From Meyerozyma guilliermondii (taxonomy: Eukaryota), in assembly GCA_051546255.1 (NCBI GenBank), contig CP128815.1, positions 1,612,001-1,676,000 of the forward strand: 64,000 nt of DNA. Direction: 5' to 3'. How positions within the stretch are numbered: position 1 is the stretch's first letter; each line of letters opens with the position of its first letter. A program made the position numbers and the translations under genes. Positions 10,807-19,862 of the stretch are shown one piece after another. The notes under the pieces were generated by a model. It was given only the letters and a program-made list of their open reading frames with translations, ran no database searches and was not told the DNA's origin.

Positions 10807-11748
10807 ATGACCCATTCACATCCAGCTATCGAAACCACAAATTTGACGTACCGATTCCCCCTGAACAAGAAAGTTGGGCTCGAAAACGTCAGTTTGATCA
10901 TTCCATGGGGCACCACCAATTTGGTCATCGGACCAAACGGAGCTGGAAAATCCACACTTCTCCGTATTCTCGCTGGTAAAACGTTGATAAAGCAGGGAAA
11001 ATTGCGAATTGGAGGGTTTGATCCGTTTGAATTCTCAATGGCTCGTCATGAGCAACACAACTCGGATATCAATGACTATATCACCTACCTTGGGACCGAG
11101 TGGGCCACCAATCCGGTGGTGAAACGAGACATCCCTGTGAGACTTCTTATTTCGTCAATTGGCGGCGACAGACTCGCGGAACGAAGAGACGAACTTATAG
11201 ACATTATGGATTTGGATCCCGACTGGTCAATGGCATACATCTCCGACGGAGAAAGGAGGCGTGTGCAATTGGTGATGGGTTTGCTCAAACCATGGAGGCT
11301 CCTCTTATTGGACGAAGTGACGGTAGATCTCGATGTGGTGGTTCGCCAGCGGTTGTTGGAGTTTTTAGGCCGGGAGACCAAAAAGAGAGACTGCTGTGTG
11401 ATCTATGCCACTCATATCTTTGATGGAATGAGTCGAGGCTGGTGTGATAGAGTGCTTCATTTGAACGCAGGCACGATTACCGACGACATTTCGACTGCCA
11501 ATATCAATTTCACCACGGATGGACCCGAAGTGAAATATGGCGAAAATGTTGAAATAAAACGGGCCGAATCGTTGCACCCATTAGCATTATATTGGCTTCG
11601 CAACGACTTGGATGAGAGAGGCACCCGAGATGAGGAAAAGGAAAGGGCCGCCAGTAAAAATGACTGGGATAATGCTCGCGATGGCGATTACTTTGACAAA
11701 AACGACAAGTTGCAGCAATACTTTAAGACATCAAGAAACTTCACGTGA
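10807..11748 (+). CDS. CAF16: Soluble ABC ATPase, Caf16-like (CCR4-associated)
   Basis: Walker A GPNGAGKST, YLGTEW, signature SDGERRRVQ, LLLLDEVTVDLD, YATHIFDG; no TM segments. Confidence 0.85.
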   Translation: MTHSHPAIETTNLTYRFPLNKKVGLENVSLIIPWGTTNLVIGPNGAGKSTLLRILAGKTLIKQGKLRIGGFDPFEFSMARHEQHNSDINDYITYLGTEWATNPVVKRDIPVRLLISSIGGDRLAERRDELIDIMDLDPDWSMAYISDGERRRVQLVMGLLKPWRLLLLDEVTVDLDVVVRQRLLEFLGRETKKRDCCVIYATHIFDGMSRGWCDRVLHLNAGTITDDISTANINFTTDGPEVKYGENVEIKRAESLHPLALYWLRNDLDERGTRDEEKERAASKNDWDNARDGDYFDKNDKLQQYFKTSRNFT

Positions 11749-11874
11749 GGTACCACAATATATGATAGAAGACAAAACAATCTTTCAATTAGTTTCGTTT
11801 TCGTTTGTTCTCTTCACTTCCTCCTTCATTTCACTTCCCTTCCACTTTCACTTCACTTCTTCTCTTCACTTCTC

Positions 11875-12171
11875 TCATTCCCCTCTCGCAAATTTGCGCT
11901 CCATCTCCATGAATGCAACTATTTCCTTCGAGTACCGAAGCTGCTGCTCTAGCATCCAGTTCTCATACTTGCATTCCAACACCAGCGGCGACTCGAACTC
12001 GAGATATTTGGCTGGTTTTGCTGCTAGTTTACGTCTTGTGATATTCTGCTGAGCGGTGGATGGAGTCAAAGGAGTTGACGGTGCCCTTTTTTGAACCTTC
12101 AGAGCACTCAATTCAGGCGATTTGACTGGAAATAAGCTGGCCTCTTCGTCCAAATACACGTTTTCAGACAT
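11875..12171 (-). CDS. Small hypothetical protein (98 aa) rich in S/T-P sites
   Basis: ATG-started ORF MSENVYLDEE... fills the gap between CAF16 and YNK1. No family recognised. Confidence 0.55.
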   Translation of the reverse strand: MSENVYLDEEASLFPVKSPELSALKVQKRAPSTPLTPSTAQQNITRRKLAAKPAKYLEFESPLVLECKYENWMLEQQLRYSKEIVAFMEMERKFARGE

Positions 12172-12298
12172 AAGCACCAAAATATTTGAATCAAAATACA
12201 AACACGAGTAGCGTCGTGTATTTCCTGTATGCACCGGTGTGCGGATGTGCTCGGCCACGGTGGACGAAAATTAAACCTCGATCAAAATTTTTCATCCA

Positions 12299-12754
12299 AT
12301 GTCTAACGAAAGAACTTTTATTGCTATTAAGCCCGACGGAGTCCAAAGAGGATTGATCTCCTCCATCCTCGGCAGATTCGAGAACAGAGGCTACAAGTTG
12401 GTTGGTATCAAGTTGGTTCAACCTACTGAGGACTTGTTGAGAACTCACTACGACGACTTGCAATCGAAGCCTTTCTTCCCTTCGTTGTTGTCTTACATGT
12501 TGTCGGGACCTGTCTTGGCCACTGTGTGGGAAGGTAAGGACGTTGTCAAGCAAGGTAGAGCCATTTTGGGTGCCACCAACCCATTGAACTCTGCTCCAGG
12601 TACCATCAGAGCTGACTTTGCCATTGACATGGGTAGAAACGTGTGTCACGGATCTGACTCTGTTGAGTCTGCCAACAAGGAGATTGGTTTGTGGTTCAAG
12701 AAGGAGGAATTGGTTGAGTACAAGTCAGCCATGTTCTCGTGGATCTATGAGTAG
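12299..12754 (+). CDS. YNK1: Nucleoside diphosphate kinase
   Basis: [24 protein letters not shown], and catalytic [10 protein letters not shown]. Confidence 0.98.
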   Translation: MSNERTFIAIKPDGVQRGLISSILGRFENRGYKLVGIKLVQPTEDLLRTHYDDLQSKPFFPSLLSYMLSGPVLATVWEGKDVVKQGRAILGATNPLNSAPGTIRADFAIDMGRNVCHGSDSVESANKEIGLWFKKEELVEYKSAMFSWIYE

Positions 12755-12947
12755 ATAATAAACTAGTCTAGTACGAGATGTAGGTGACGGACACAACGAG
12801 GCAATTGACACAATTGACTCAATTGAGCAACTGTGAGTGCTCCCCGTACCACCTTTATTATCTTCTTTTCCTCTATTCTTTTCTTCCCTTCTCGTTTTTC
12901 ACTTCGCGTTCTCTCCGCGAATTGACCTAGCATCGACAGCATATCCA

Positions 12948-14852
12948 ATGCCTGTGGATGACGACTTGTTCAATGTTCCTGACAATGACGAGGAGATGCT
13001 AGAAAACGAAGACGAAGATGATGACGAAGATCTAGAAAACCAGGACCAAGATGAGGCCCAGGACCAGGAAATGCAAGATGATGGTGAGGACGAAGACGAC
13101 GAAGATGGAGAAGAAGGCGACGAAGAGGAGGGTGAGGAAGACGAAGATGGCTCAGGAGATGATAACGAGGGAGAAGAGGGCGAGGAAGTAGAAGAGGGAG
13201 AGGAAGGAGAGGAAATTGAAGAAGGTGAAGAAGGTGATGAAAATGACGAAGGTGAAGGAAATGAACAAGGCGAAGAAGGTGAAGTTGGAGAACAAAAACG
13301 AGCTAAAGAAAGTGAAAGTACTCAATCTCAGTCCGAAAACATAAAAGCTTTTCAAAATGGCGAAAGTAACACCACAGAAACAGACCACAAGCCCACCGTT
13401 GAAAAACTCCCTGCTCACCAAGTTCGCTCCCAAGTTGCCCAGCGGGCCAAAACGACATCCAAGGTGGAAATCGTGCCTACAACCTCAATTCCTTACACAT
13501 CTCAATGCCATGCAATTGCACTCACTGAGGGCCCACGACTAATATTGACCGGTGGAGAAGATGGGTTTATTCGAAAATACGACTTTATTGCTTCTATCGA
13601 AGGAAAGTCTCCACTTACCATGGCCCAGAAACACAATATGGTGGACTCGGTGACCAAAGCGGGAGTGATAAGTTCGTATTGGGAAAATGAACAGCCCATT
13701 ACTCGGACTGAACTTATGCAAGCCAACCCCAAAATCAAGCCAGCTGACTTTACGACGGGCACAATCAACTACGAGCCAAAGCTAAGTCCGGTATACTCAT
13801 TAGCGGCAGAAAAAAGGGGCCTATGGTGTCTTTCCGGGCTTTTGTCTGGGGGTATCTCGCTCTACAGCATGAAATACTCCGAGGGAAGTCTAGTCCACTA
13901 TTTTCCCCATGGCGATCCAAAACGACCTGCTCACGAGAACAGTGGGCACAACGATGCTGTGTCGGTGCTTAAACTCACACCAGACGAAAAGGGCTTTTTT
14001 TCAGGTTCATGGGACAAAACTATTCGCAGCTGGGACTTGAATACGGGCAAAACTACGGCCACTTATACCGGTGCTTCGAATCAAATTACTTCGTTGGAGT
14101 TCCGTCCACATGGTCTTGCTGACTTGGAGCTCGCTGATGGAGACGCCAACAGTAGTGATGTCGACTCTCTTTTTGGAGATAGCGACAATGAAAACGAAAA
14201 TGACAACGATAACGAAAATGGAAATTCTGAACAAAAACCAAGAAAACCTGTTTCCAAAGTGGTGAGAAACGACTCAGTGTTCATGACTTCAAGTATAGAT
14301 GGAACCGTCAACATCTGGGATGTTAGAGTGGGCGAATCTAACCAGGATCCCGTCATAAAATACGTGGTTCCTGAGCATGTTCCTCCATGGTGTATGTCAG
14401 CGACATGGGCTAATTCTGGAGACTTTATCTTTGCAGGAAGAAGAAACAGTACAGTGGAAGAATTGTCTCTTAAAATGCCCCATCGACGAATTCCCAATAG
14501 TCATGGTAAAAATGATGTGATTCCAAATGTATCGAGAACTTTACAATTTCCCAAAATTTCAGGCCCAGTCAGTGCCATTTCCACCATGCCTAACGACGAC
14601 CTTTTACTTTGTGGCTCAAATGATAACATCAGATTGTACAATCTCCAATTATACGACCAATCTTCAGGTACTCAACAAACTACAAAAAAACAAGCTACAC
14701 CGTTTATGATCGTTCCTGGCCATCATGGAGGAATTCTAAGCACATTATACGTTGACGAATCAGGCAGGTTCATGGTGAGTGCCAGCGGCAATCGTGGATG
14801 GGGACAGTCTGCCTTTACAGAGACGGTATTGATATACGAGATAGACTTTTAG
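12948..14852 (+). CDS. SPT8: SAGA subunit Spt8 (acidic N-terminus plus WD40 repeats)
   Basis: Asp/Glu-rich N-terminus, GGEDGFIRKYDF, SYWENEQP, PPWCMSATW, GRRNSTVEE, PFMIVPGHHGG, SASGNRGW. Confidence 0.92.
   Translation: MPVDDDLFNVPDNDEEMLENEDEDDDEDLENQDQDEAQDQEMQDDGEDEDDEDGEEGDEEEGEEDEDGSGDDNEGEEGEEVEEGEEGEEIEEGEEGDENDEGEGNEQGEEGEVGEQKRAKESESTQSQSENIKAFQNGESNTTETDHKPTVEKLPAHQVRSQVAQRAKTTSKVEIVPTTSIPYTSQCHAIALTEGPRLILTGGEDGFIRKYDFIASIEGKSPLTMAQKHNMVDSVTKAGVISSYWENEQPITRTELMQANPKIKPADFTTGTINYEPKLSPVYSLAAEKRGLWCLSGLLSGGISLYSMKYSEGSLVHYFPHGDPKRPAHENSGHNDAVSVLKLTPDEKGFFSGSWDKTIRSWDLNTGKTTATYTGASNQITSLEFRPHGLADLELADGDANSSDVDSLFGDSDNENENDNDNENGNSEQKPRKPVSKVVRNDSVFMTSSIDGTVNIWDVRVGESNQDPVIKYVVPEHVPPWCMSATWANSGDFIFAGRRNSTVEELSLKMPHRRIPNSHGKNDVIPNVSRTLQFPKISGPVSAISTMPNDDLLLCGSNDNIRLYNLQLYDQSSGTQQTTKKQATPFMIVPGHHGGILSTLYVDESGRFMVSASGNRGWGQSAFTETVLIYEIDF
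13000..13290 (+). repeat. Purine-rich coding repeat encoding the acidic (E)EGEEGE tract of Spt8
   Basis: Iterated GAA/GAG/GGT codons, for example GEEGEEVEEGEEGEEIEEGEEGDE. Confidence 0.75.
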
Positions 14853-14875
14853 TATAGGGTTATCCCGATAAATAA

Positions 14876-16720
14876 CTATAGATCAAAATAAGTCGCTCTC
14901 AATGTTCCCAAACCAACTTGCCCGAAGTTGATACGTGCTTGTTCTGATATTGTCTCGTATGCATGCCTTGCACTGTTTTTAGCTTCACCAGCAACCATGC
15001 CACCAAATGTCGATAAGCTATTGACTAATCCACCAATCGACCAATCACCTCCCAAAAGACGGGAAAGTTTGATCATTTCAGGATTTCGTTTCGTCAATAA
15101 AAAGTGTATCATGAACCCGACAAATCCCACGGTTAAACTTACTTTGTAGATTCTACTCAAGCCCTTGGGTCGTTTCTTCTCCCCATCGCCGGGCTCTGGG
15201 CTGGTTCTTTGACTGTGATGCGATGAATGTAATAATCTTTTGAGGATCTGTGATGACGCTTCGGCTATTCTAGTGTTGACGGACGAGGTTCCAGAAGCCA
15301 AACTGCTGATGGAGGAGCTCAACAGATGTGACTCGCTAGGACTGTAATCGTCTGTAACCGAGTCGTCTTGAAGATCCATAATCTTGGCAAGTAAGTTGCT
15401 ATCAACAAGAGTTTGCTTTGTCACCTCTTGATCCTGTGTTTGAATCAATTCCGCCAAATCATTATTGGAGGTCGCAAGACTATAGTAAGATTGTGGAGCT
15501 GGTCCGCCCGTGGAGGTGGTCTTAAGGACAGAATGAGGGTTGTATTCTCCAAACCAAAAATTGAAGGTTGTATGGTTGTTGGACAATTGATCTAATGGGT
15601 GCTCTTTCAGCAATTGTGAGGCAGAATGCAAGATATTTGCCATATCCTGGTCGGTAAGATTGGCAAATAAAGTACTGGGACTCACAAGCGAATGTACAGC
15701 GTCCGGATCAACATCCAGGAAATCTGTCACTGGTCGAGGGTTGAGGCCCAATTTGCGAAATATGTCATCTTTGGAAAATAATAGGGCAGCTGTGTATACA
15801 TAGGCACACGCCAGGATCAGATTGTAGCTCAATATAAAGTCCCATGTCATCAAGAGTTGAGGAAGGTTGTTGATATCGTGACTGAACATGGTGAGAATAG
15901 AGGATAAGCCCTGCACGAATCCGTAATCGTAGAGTGCGCCATTGGTCAAGCGATAGACGTTACTGGTTTGTTTGAGCAACTCGTATAGTGTTGGGTCGAC
16001 ATCTTCTAATAGGGCTGGAATTAACTTGAGGTGGATGGTGGACAAGTTGATGTCGGTGATCATAAAGTCTCGAAGATGGAACAACGACAACCGTTCCAAC
16101 AACCTAAACGCCAACTCATCGCCTGGATTCTGGTGGTTTTGGCACACAAGTAGTATTATGCTTGCGATATCGTGATAACCTTGGTAGTAGTGCAATGCTG
16201 GATAAGTACGGAACATTTTCACGAGCAAGTTCAACAAATCTCTTTTCAACTTGTCGATGTCGGAGCTTGAGTAGATACCTGTGAATGAGGAGTGGTCTAC
16301 GGTGGTGGAACGAAGATGAGACACAATGGTAAATGATCTCTTGATATCAAGCTTGATTTGTTCCTCATCCCGATGAGGAGGAAGATCATTCACGTTCAAA
16401 TCGTCTAGAAAGCACGAAGCAGACTGCTGAAGCACCAGATCCGAATTTTCATCAATTGAAGGAATTTCCAAAAATAATGGCCATATTTTACAGCGTAACT
16501 CATTATCCATGAGGCCCTCAGAACTTCTCAGATGTTCCTTCAAAAAGTCTATGTTGTTGTTTTTGATCGCCTCGTTCAACGTCTTGTGCTTTAATTGCTT
16601 CAAAGATTCACTGAGAGGATTTCCATCATTATAATAAAACGACTTTCCTAACCGGTCCACATCCATCAGCACCCAATCTGGATGCAGCTGAACAAGATGT
16701 GACGAATCAGCAATTGACAT
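14876..16720 (-). CDS. GYP8: TBC-domain Rab GAP (Gyp8/TBC1D20 type)
   Basis: LPPHRDEEQIKLDIKRSF (Arg finger), LHYYQGYHDIAS (Gln finger), LFHLRDFM, and a C-terminal TM segment. Confidence 0.85.
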   Translation of the reverse strand: MSIADSSHLVQLHPDWVLMDVDRLGKSFYYNDGNPLSESLKQLKHKTLNEAIKNNNIDFLKEHLRSSEGLMDNELRCKIWPLFLEIPSIDENSDLVLQQSASCFLDDLNVNDLPPHRDEEQIKLDIKRSFTIVSHLRSTTVDHSSFTGIYSSSDIDKLKRDLLNLLVKMFRTYPALHYYQGYHDIASIILLVCQNHQNPGDELAFRLLERLSLFHLRDFMITDINLSTIHLKLIPALLEDVDPTLYELLKQTSNVYRLTNGALYDYGFVQGLSSILTMFSHDINNLPQLLMTWDFILSYNLILACAYVYTAALLFSKDDIFRKLGLNPRPVTDFLDVDPDAVHSLVSPSTLFANLTDQDMANILHSASQLLKEHPLDQLSNNHTTFNFWFGEYNPHSVLKTTSTGGPAPQSYYSLATSNNDLAELIQTQDQEVTKQTLVDSNLLAKIMDLQDDSVTDDYSPSESHLLSSSISSLASGTSSVNTRIAEASSQILKRLLHSSHHSQRTSPEPGDGEKKRPKGLSRIYKVSLTVGFVGFMIHFLLTKRNPEMIKLSRLLGGDWSIGGLVNSLSTFGGMVAGEAKNSARHAYETISEQARINFGQVGLGTLRATYFDL

Positions 16721-16960
16721 TTGTTCAAAGCAAGGCAGAGGAGCACGCCCTGGTACGATGATTCAATAGCTATTTTGCAGCAAAAAATCTAGCGTGGTAC
16801 ATTCAACCAAATGGTCACCTGTTTATTATCAGTGGCCCCGGAAATTATCGCAGCGGGCCACATCCGCACACCCACACACCAAGGGGTTTAACTGAGCCCG
16901 ATTCCGCATAGGTGCAGGTCGATATGTGGGGTCGGCATTTTTTCCCACCAACTTTATTAC

Positions 16961-18160
16961 ATGACTAAAATGGACCACAAAATTGTAAAAACTTCGTATG
17001 ACGGCGATGCGGTGAGTGTGGAGTGGGATGGGGGTGCACTGGCCAAGTTTGACAACATTTGGTTGAGGGACAATTGCCATTGTTCCGAGTGCTACTATGA
17101 CGCTACCAAACAGAGATTACTCAATTCCTGTTCTATTCCCGATGATATTGCGCCAATTAAAGTGGATAGTAGTCCTACCAAGCTAAAGATCGTGTGGAAC
17201 CACGAAGAGCACCAGAGCGAGTACGAGTGTCGCTGGTTGGTGATCCATTCATATAATCCTCGGCAGATTCCAGTGACTGAAAAAGTTAGTGGAGAACGAG
17301 AGATTTTGGCCCGTGAGTATTGGACGGTCAAGGATATGGAGGGTAGATTGCCCAGCGTTGATTTCAAGACGGTAATGGCTTCTACGGACGAGAATGAGGA
17401 ACCTATAAAAGATTGGTGTTTGAAAATATGGAAGCATGGGTTCTGTTTCATCGATAATGTTCCTGTGGATCCACAAGAAACCGAGAAATTGTGTGAAAAG
17501 TTGATGTACATTCGTCCTACTCACTATGGTGGTTTCTGGGATTTTACCAGTGACTTGTCAAAGAACGATACCGCATACACCAATATCGATATTTCGTCGC
17601 ACACCGATGGAACTTATTGGTCTGATACTCCTGGATTGCAATTATTCCACCTTTTGATGCACGAGGGCACTGGGGGCACCACGTCTCTTGTAGATGCGTT
17701 CCATTGTGCCGAAATCTTGAAAAAAGAACATCCGGAAAGTTTTGAACTTTTGACCCGAATCCCGGTTCCGGCGCACTCAGCTGGAGAAGAAAAGGTGTGC
17801 ATTCAGCCTGATATTCCCCAGCCAATATTCAAGTTGGATACCAATGGCGAATTGATCCAGGTCAGGTGGAACCAGTCAGATCGGTCCACCATGGATTCGT
17901 GGGAAAATCCACTGGAAGTTGTCAAGTTTTACCGAGCCATTAAGCAGTGGCATAAGATTATCAGTGATCCCGCCAACGAATTGTTCTACCAATTGCGTCC
18001 TGGTCAATGCCTTATTTTTGACAATTGGAGATGTTTTCACTCAAGAACCGAGTTCACCGGAAAGAGAAGAATGTGTGGAGCCTATATCAATCGTGATGAT
18101 TTTGTTTCAAGGCTCAACTTGTTGAACATTGGTCGCCAACCGGTCTTGGACGCTATTTAG
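16961..18160 (+). CDS. Trimethyllysine dioxygenase (carnitine biosynthesis, Fe/2-oxoglutarate dependent)
   Basis: WLRDNCHCSEC zinc motif, IRPTHYGGFWDF, DTAYT, HTDGTY facial triad, IFDNWRCFHSR. Confidence 0.9.
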   Translation: MTKMDHKIVKTSYDGDAVSVEWDGGALAKFDNIWLRDNCHCSECYYDATKQRLLNSCSIPDDIAPIKVDSSPTKLKIVWNHEEHQSEYECRWLVIHSYNPRQIPVTEKVSGEREILAREYWTVKDMEGRLPSVDFKTVMASTDENEEPIKDWCLKIWKHGFCFIDNVPVDPQETEKLCEKLMYIRPTHYGGFWDFTSDLSKNDTAYTNIDISSHTDGTYWSDTPGLQLFHLLMHEGTGGTTSLVDAFHCAEILKKEHPESFELLTRIPVPAHSAGEEKVCIQPDIPQPIFKLDTNGELIQVRWNQSDRSTMDSWENPLEVVKFYRAIKQWHKIISDPANELFYQLRPGQCLIFDNWRCFHSRTEFTGKRRMCGAYINRDDFVSRLNLLNIGRQPVLDAI

Positions 18161-18268
18161 AACAACCGAAAAATTATGATACAACCGAAGCAATTAGATA
18201 ACAACTGAATAGCAATTCAGATCTACAATTGAATATGTTAGCACATAAATTTTAGTCTATAAGCCAAC

Positions 18269-19222
18269 TTACACAAAAGTTGGAATCTTGTCCCAGTCCC
18301 AAGGATTGTTGAATCTCAATTCAATGTCCAACTTGGAAATTTCCTTGAAATCTTCTTGCGACAAGTCAAAGTCGTTCACCTTCAAGTTGCTCAACAACCT
18401 ATCGGGATTGTTGGACTTGGGAATCACGGCAAGTCCTCTTTGGGTGGCCCATCTCAACAATACCTGTGCTGGAGTCTTGTTGGCTTTTTCAGCCACAGAC
18501 TTGATAACATCGTGCTCGAACAATGGCTTGACATCCTTGACACGAGGGTGGTTCAATTCAACAAAAGATTGAGGTCCGAAAGATGAGTATGCGGTGATGG
18601 CGATGCCTTGAGATTGAACGTACTCAATTAATCTTGGTTGTTGCAAGTAAGGGTGGTGTTCGATCTGCAACACTGCTGGCTTGATCTTGGCACCTCTCAA
18701 CAAGTCTTGGATCAATGCACCAGGAAAGTTGGAAATACCGATGGATCTGATTTTACCCTTCTCGACCATCTTCTCCAATGCTCTCCAAGTGTCAATGATT
18801 GGCACACCCTCGTAGATAAACTTGTCACCATCGCCACAGTAGAATCCTGGAGGATACTTTTCCTCAAAAGGAACAAATTTGAAGGCAATTGGAAAGTGGA
18901 TCAAGAATAAATCAAGGTAGTCCACCTTCAAGTCGCTCAATGTTCTGTCCAATGCCTTTTCCACATTCTTGGGGTCATGGAACGAGTTCCAAAGCTTGGA
19001 AACGACGAAAAGCTCATCTCTAGCAACCAATCCCTCGTCAAGTGCTCTGTTAATACCTTCTCCGACTTCCTTTTCGTTACCGTAATCTTCGGCTCCGTCA
19101 AATAATCTGTATCCTACCTTGATAGCATTATAGATGGTGTCAGCACAGGTGGCCTTGTCGACCTTCCAGCAGCCAAAACCCACCGAGGGCATTTCATAAC
19201 CTGAGTTCAAAGTAATAGACAT
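18269..19222 (-). CDS. XYL1: D-xylose reductase (aldo-keto reductase AKR2B)
   Basis: [50 protein letters not shown]. Confidence 0.96.
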   Translation of the reverse strand: MSITLNSGYEMPSVGFGCWKVDKATCADTIYNAIKVGYRLFDGAEDYGNEKEVGEGINRALDEGLVARDELFVVSKLWNSFHDPKNVEKALDRTLSDLKVDYLDLFLIHFPIAFKFVPFEEKYPPGFYCGDGDKFIYEGVPIIDTWRALEKMVEKGKIRSIGISNFPGALIQDLLRGAKIKPAVLQIEHHPYLQQPRLIEYVQSQGIAITAYSSFGPQSFVELNHPRVKDVKPLFEHDVIKSVAEKANKTPAQVLLRWATQRGLAVIPKSNNPDRLLSNLKVNDFDLSQEDFKEISKLDIELRFNNPWDWDKIPTFV

Positions 19223-19236
19223 AGCAATTGATGATT

Positions 19237-19285
19237 AATTTTCTGGGGATGCGCCTTCTTATATAGTGGGGCAAATCCCCGCAAG
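19237..19285 (-). promoter_or_regulatory. XYL1 core promoter: TATA box flanked by three Mig1/CreA-type SYGGRG boxes
   Basis: CTGGGG at 19243-19248 after an AT-rich run, GTGGGG at 19266-19271, CCCCGC at 19277-19282, and TATATAAG on the minus strand at 19258-19265. Confidence 0.6.
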
Positions 19286-19862
19286 TCGCACATTCCGACC
19301 ATTGTTCCACGGAAGGTGAAAGCGCACTCAGGCTGCGAAAATGGATATTGACTATAAATTAAATAGCCAGTGTATATTACTCAATTGGCCGATTTCTACA
19401 ATGTGTAACCACTATAGTATAGTTTTGTTGTTCGTCTTACAATCGTCCATCAATTGCTCCAGCTGACTAAGCCGCACACCTCGACTCCGACGTTCATACA
19501 AAGGTTATTAGAATACGGCCCTGAAAAATGTCGCTTAGTACGGCAGTGTTGCCGACGAGGTTTCGGCTAACTTGCCTACTAAGGAAACCTTAACGCGCAA
19601 GCGGGGCGCTTAGGGGGAAACTTAAGGGTCGTGTCGGTAATAGTGTCTTTGAGTGGGGTAATCCTATAATGGTAACTATGCCAGAAATTCAGGGGTGTGA
19701 ACGTGAAACGTCAATGGTTGGCTCAATCGTTAGTCATTGTAGCCTTGGGCTAGCTGCAGTCTTTCTGGTGCACCGGTGCAGTTGCAACTCTTCCGCATTC
19801 GGCAATACCAATACAAACGGTCGCAGACACTTAGGCATCGTCTTTTACGTTCTTCACCAAGT

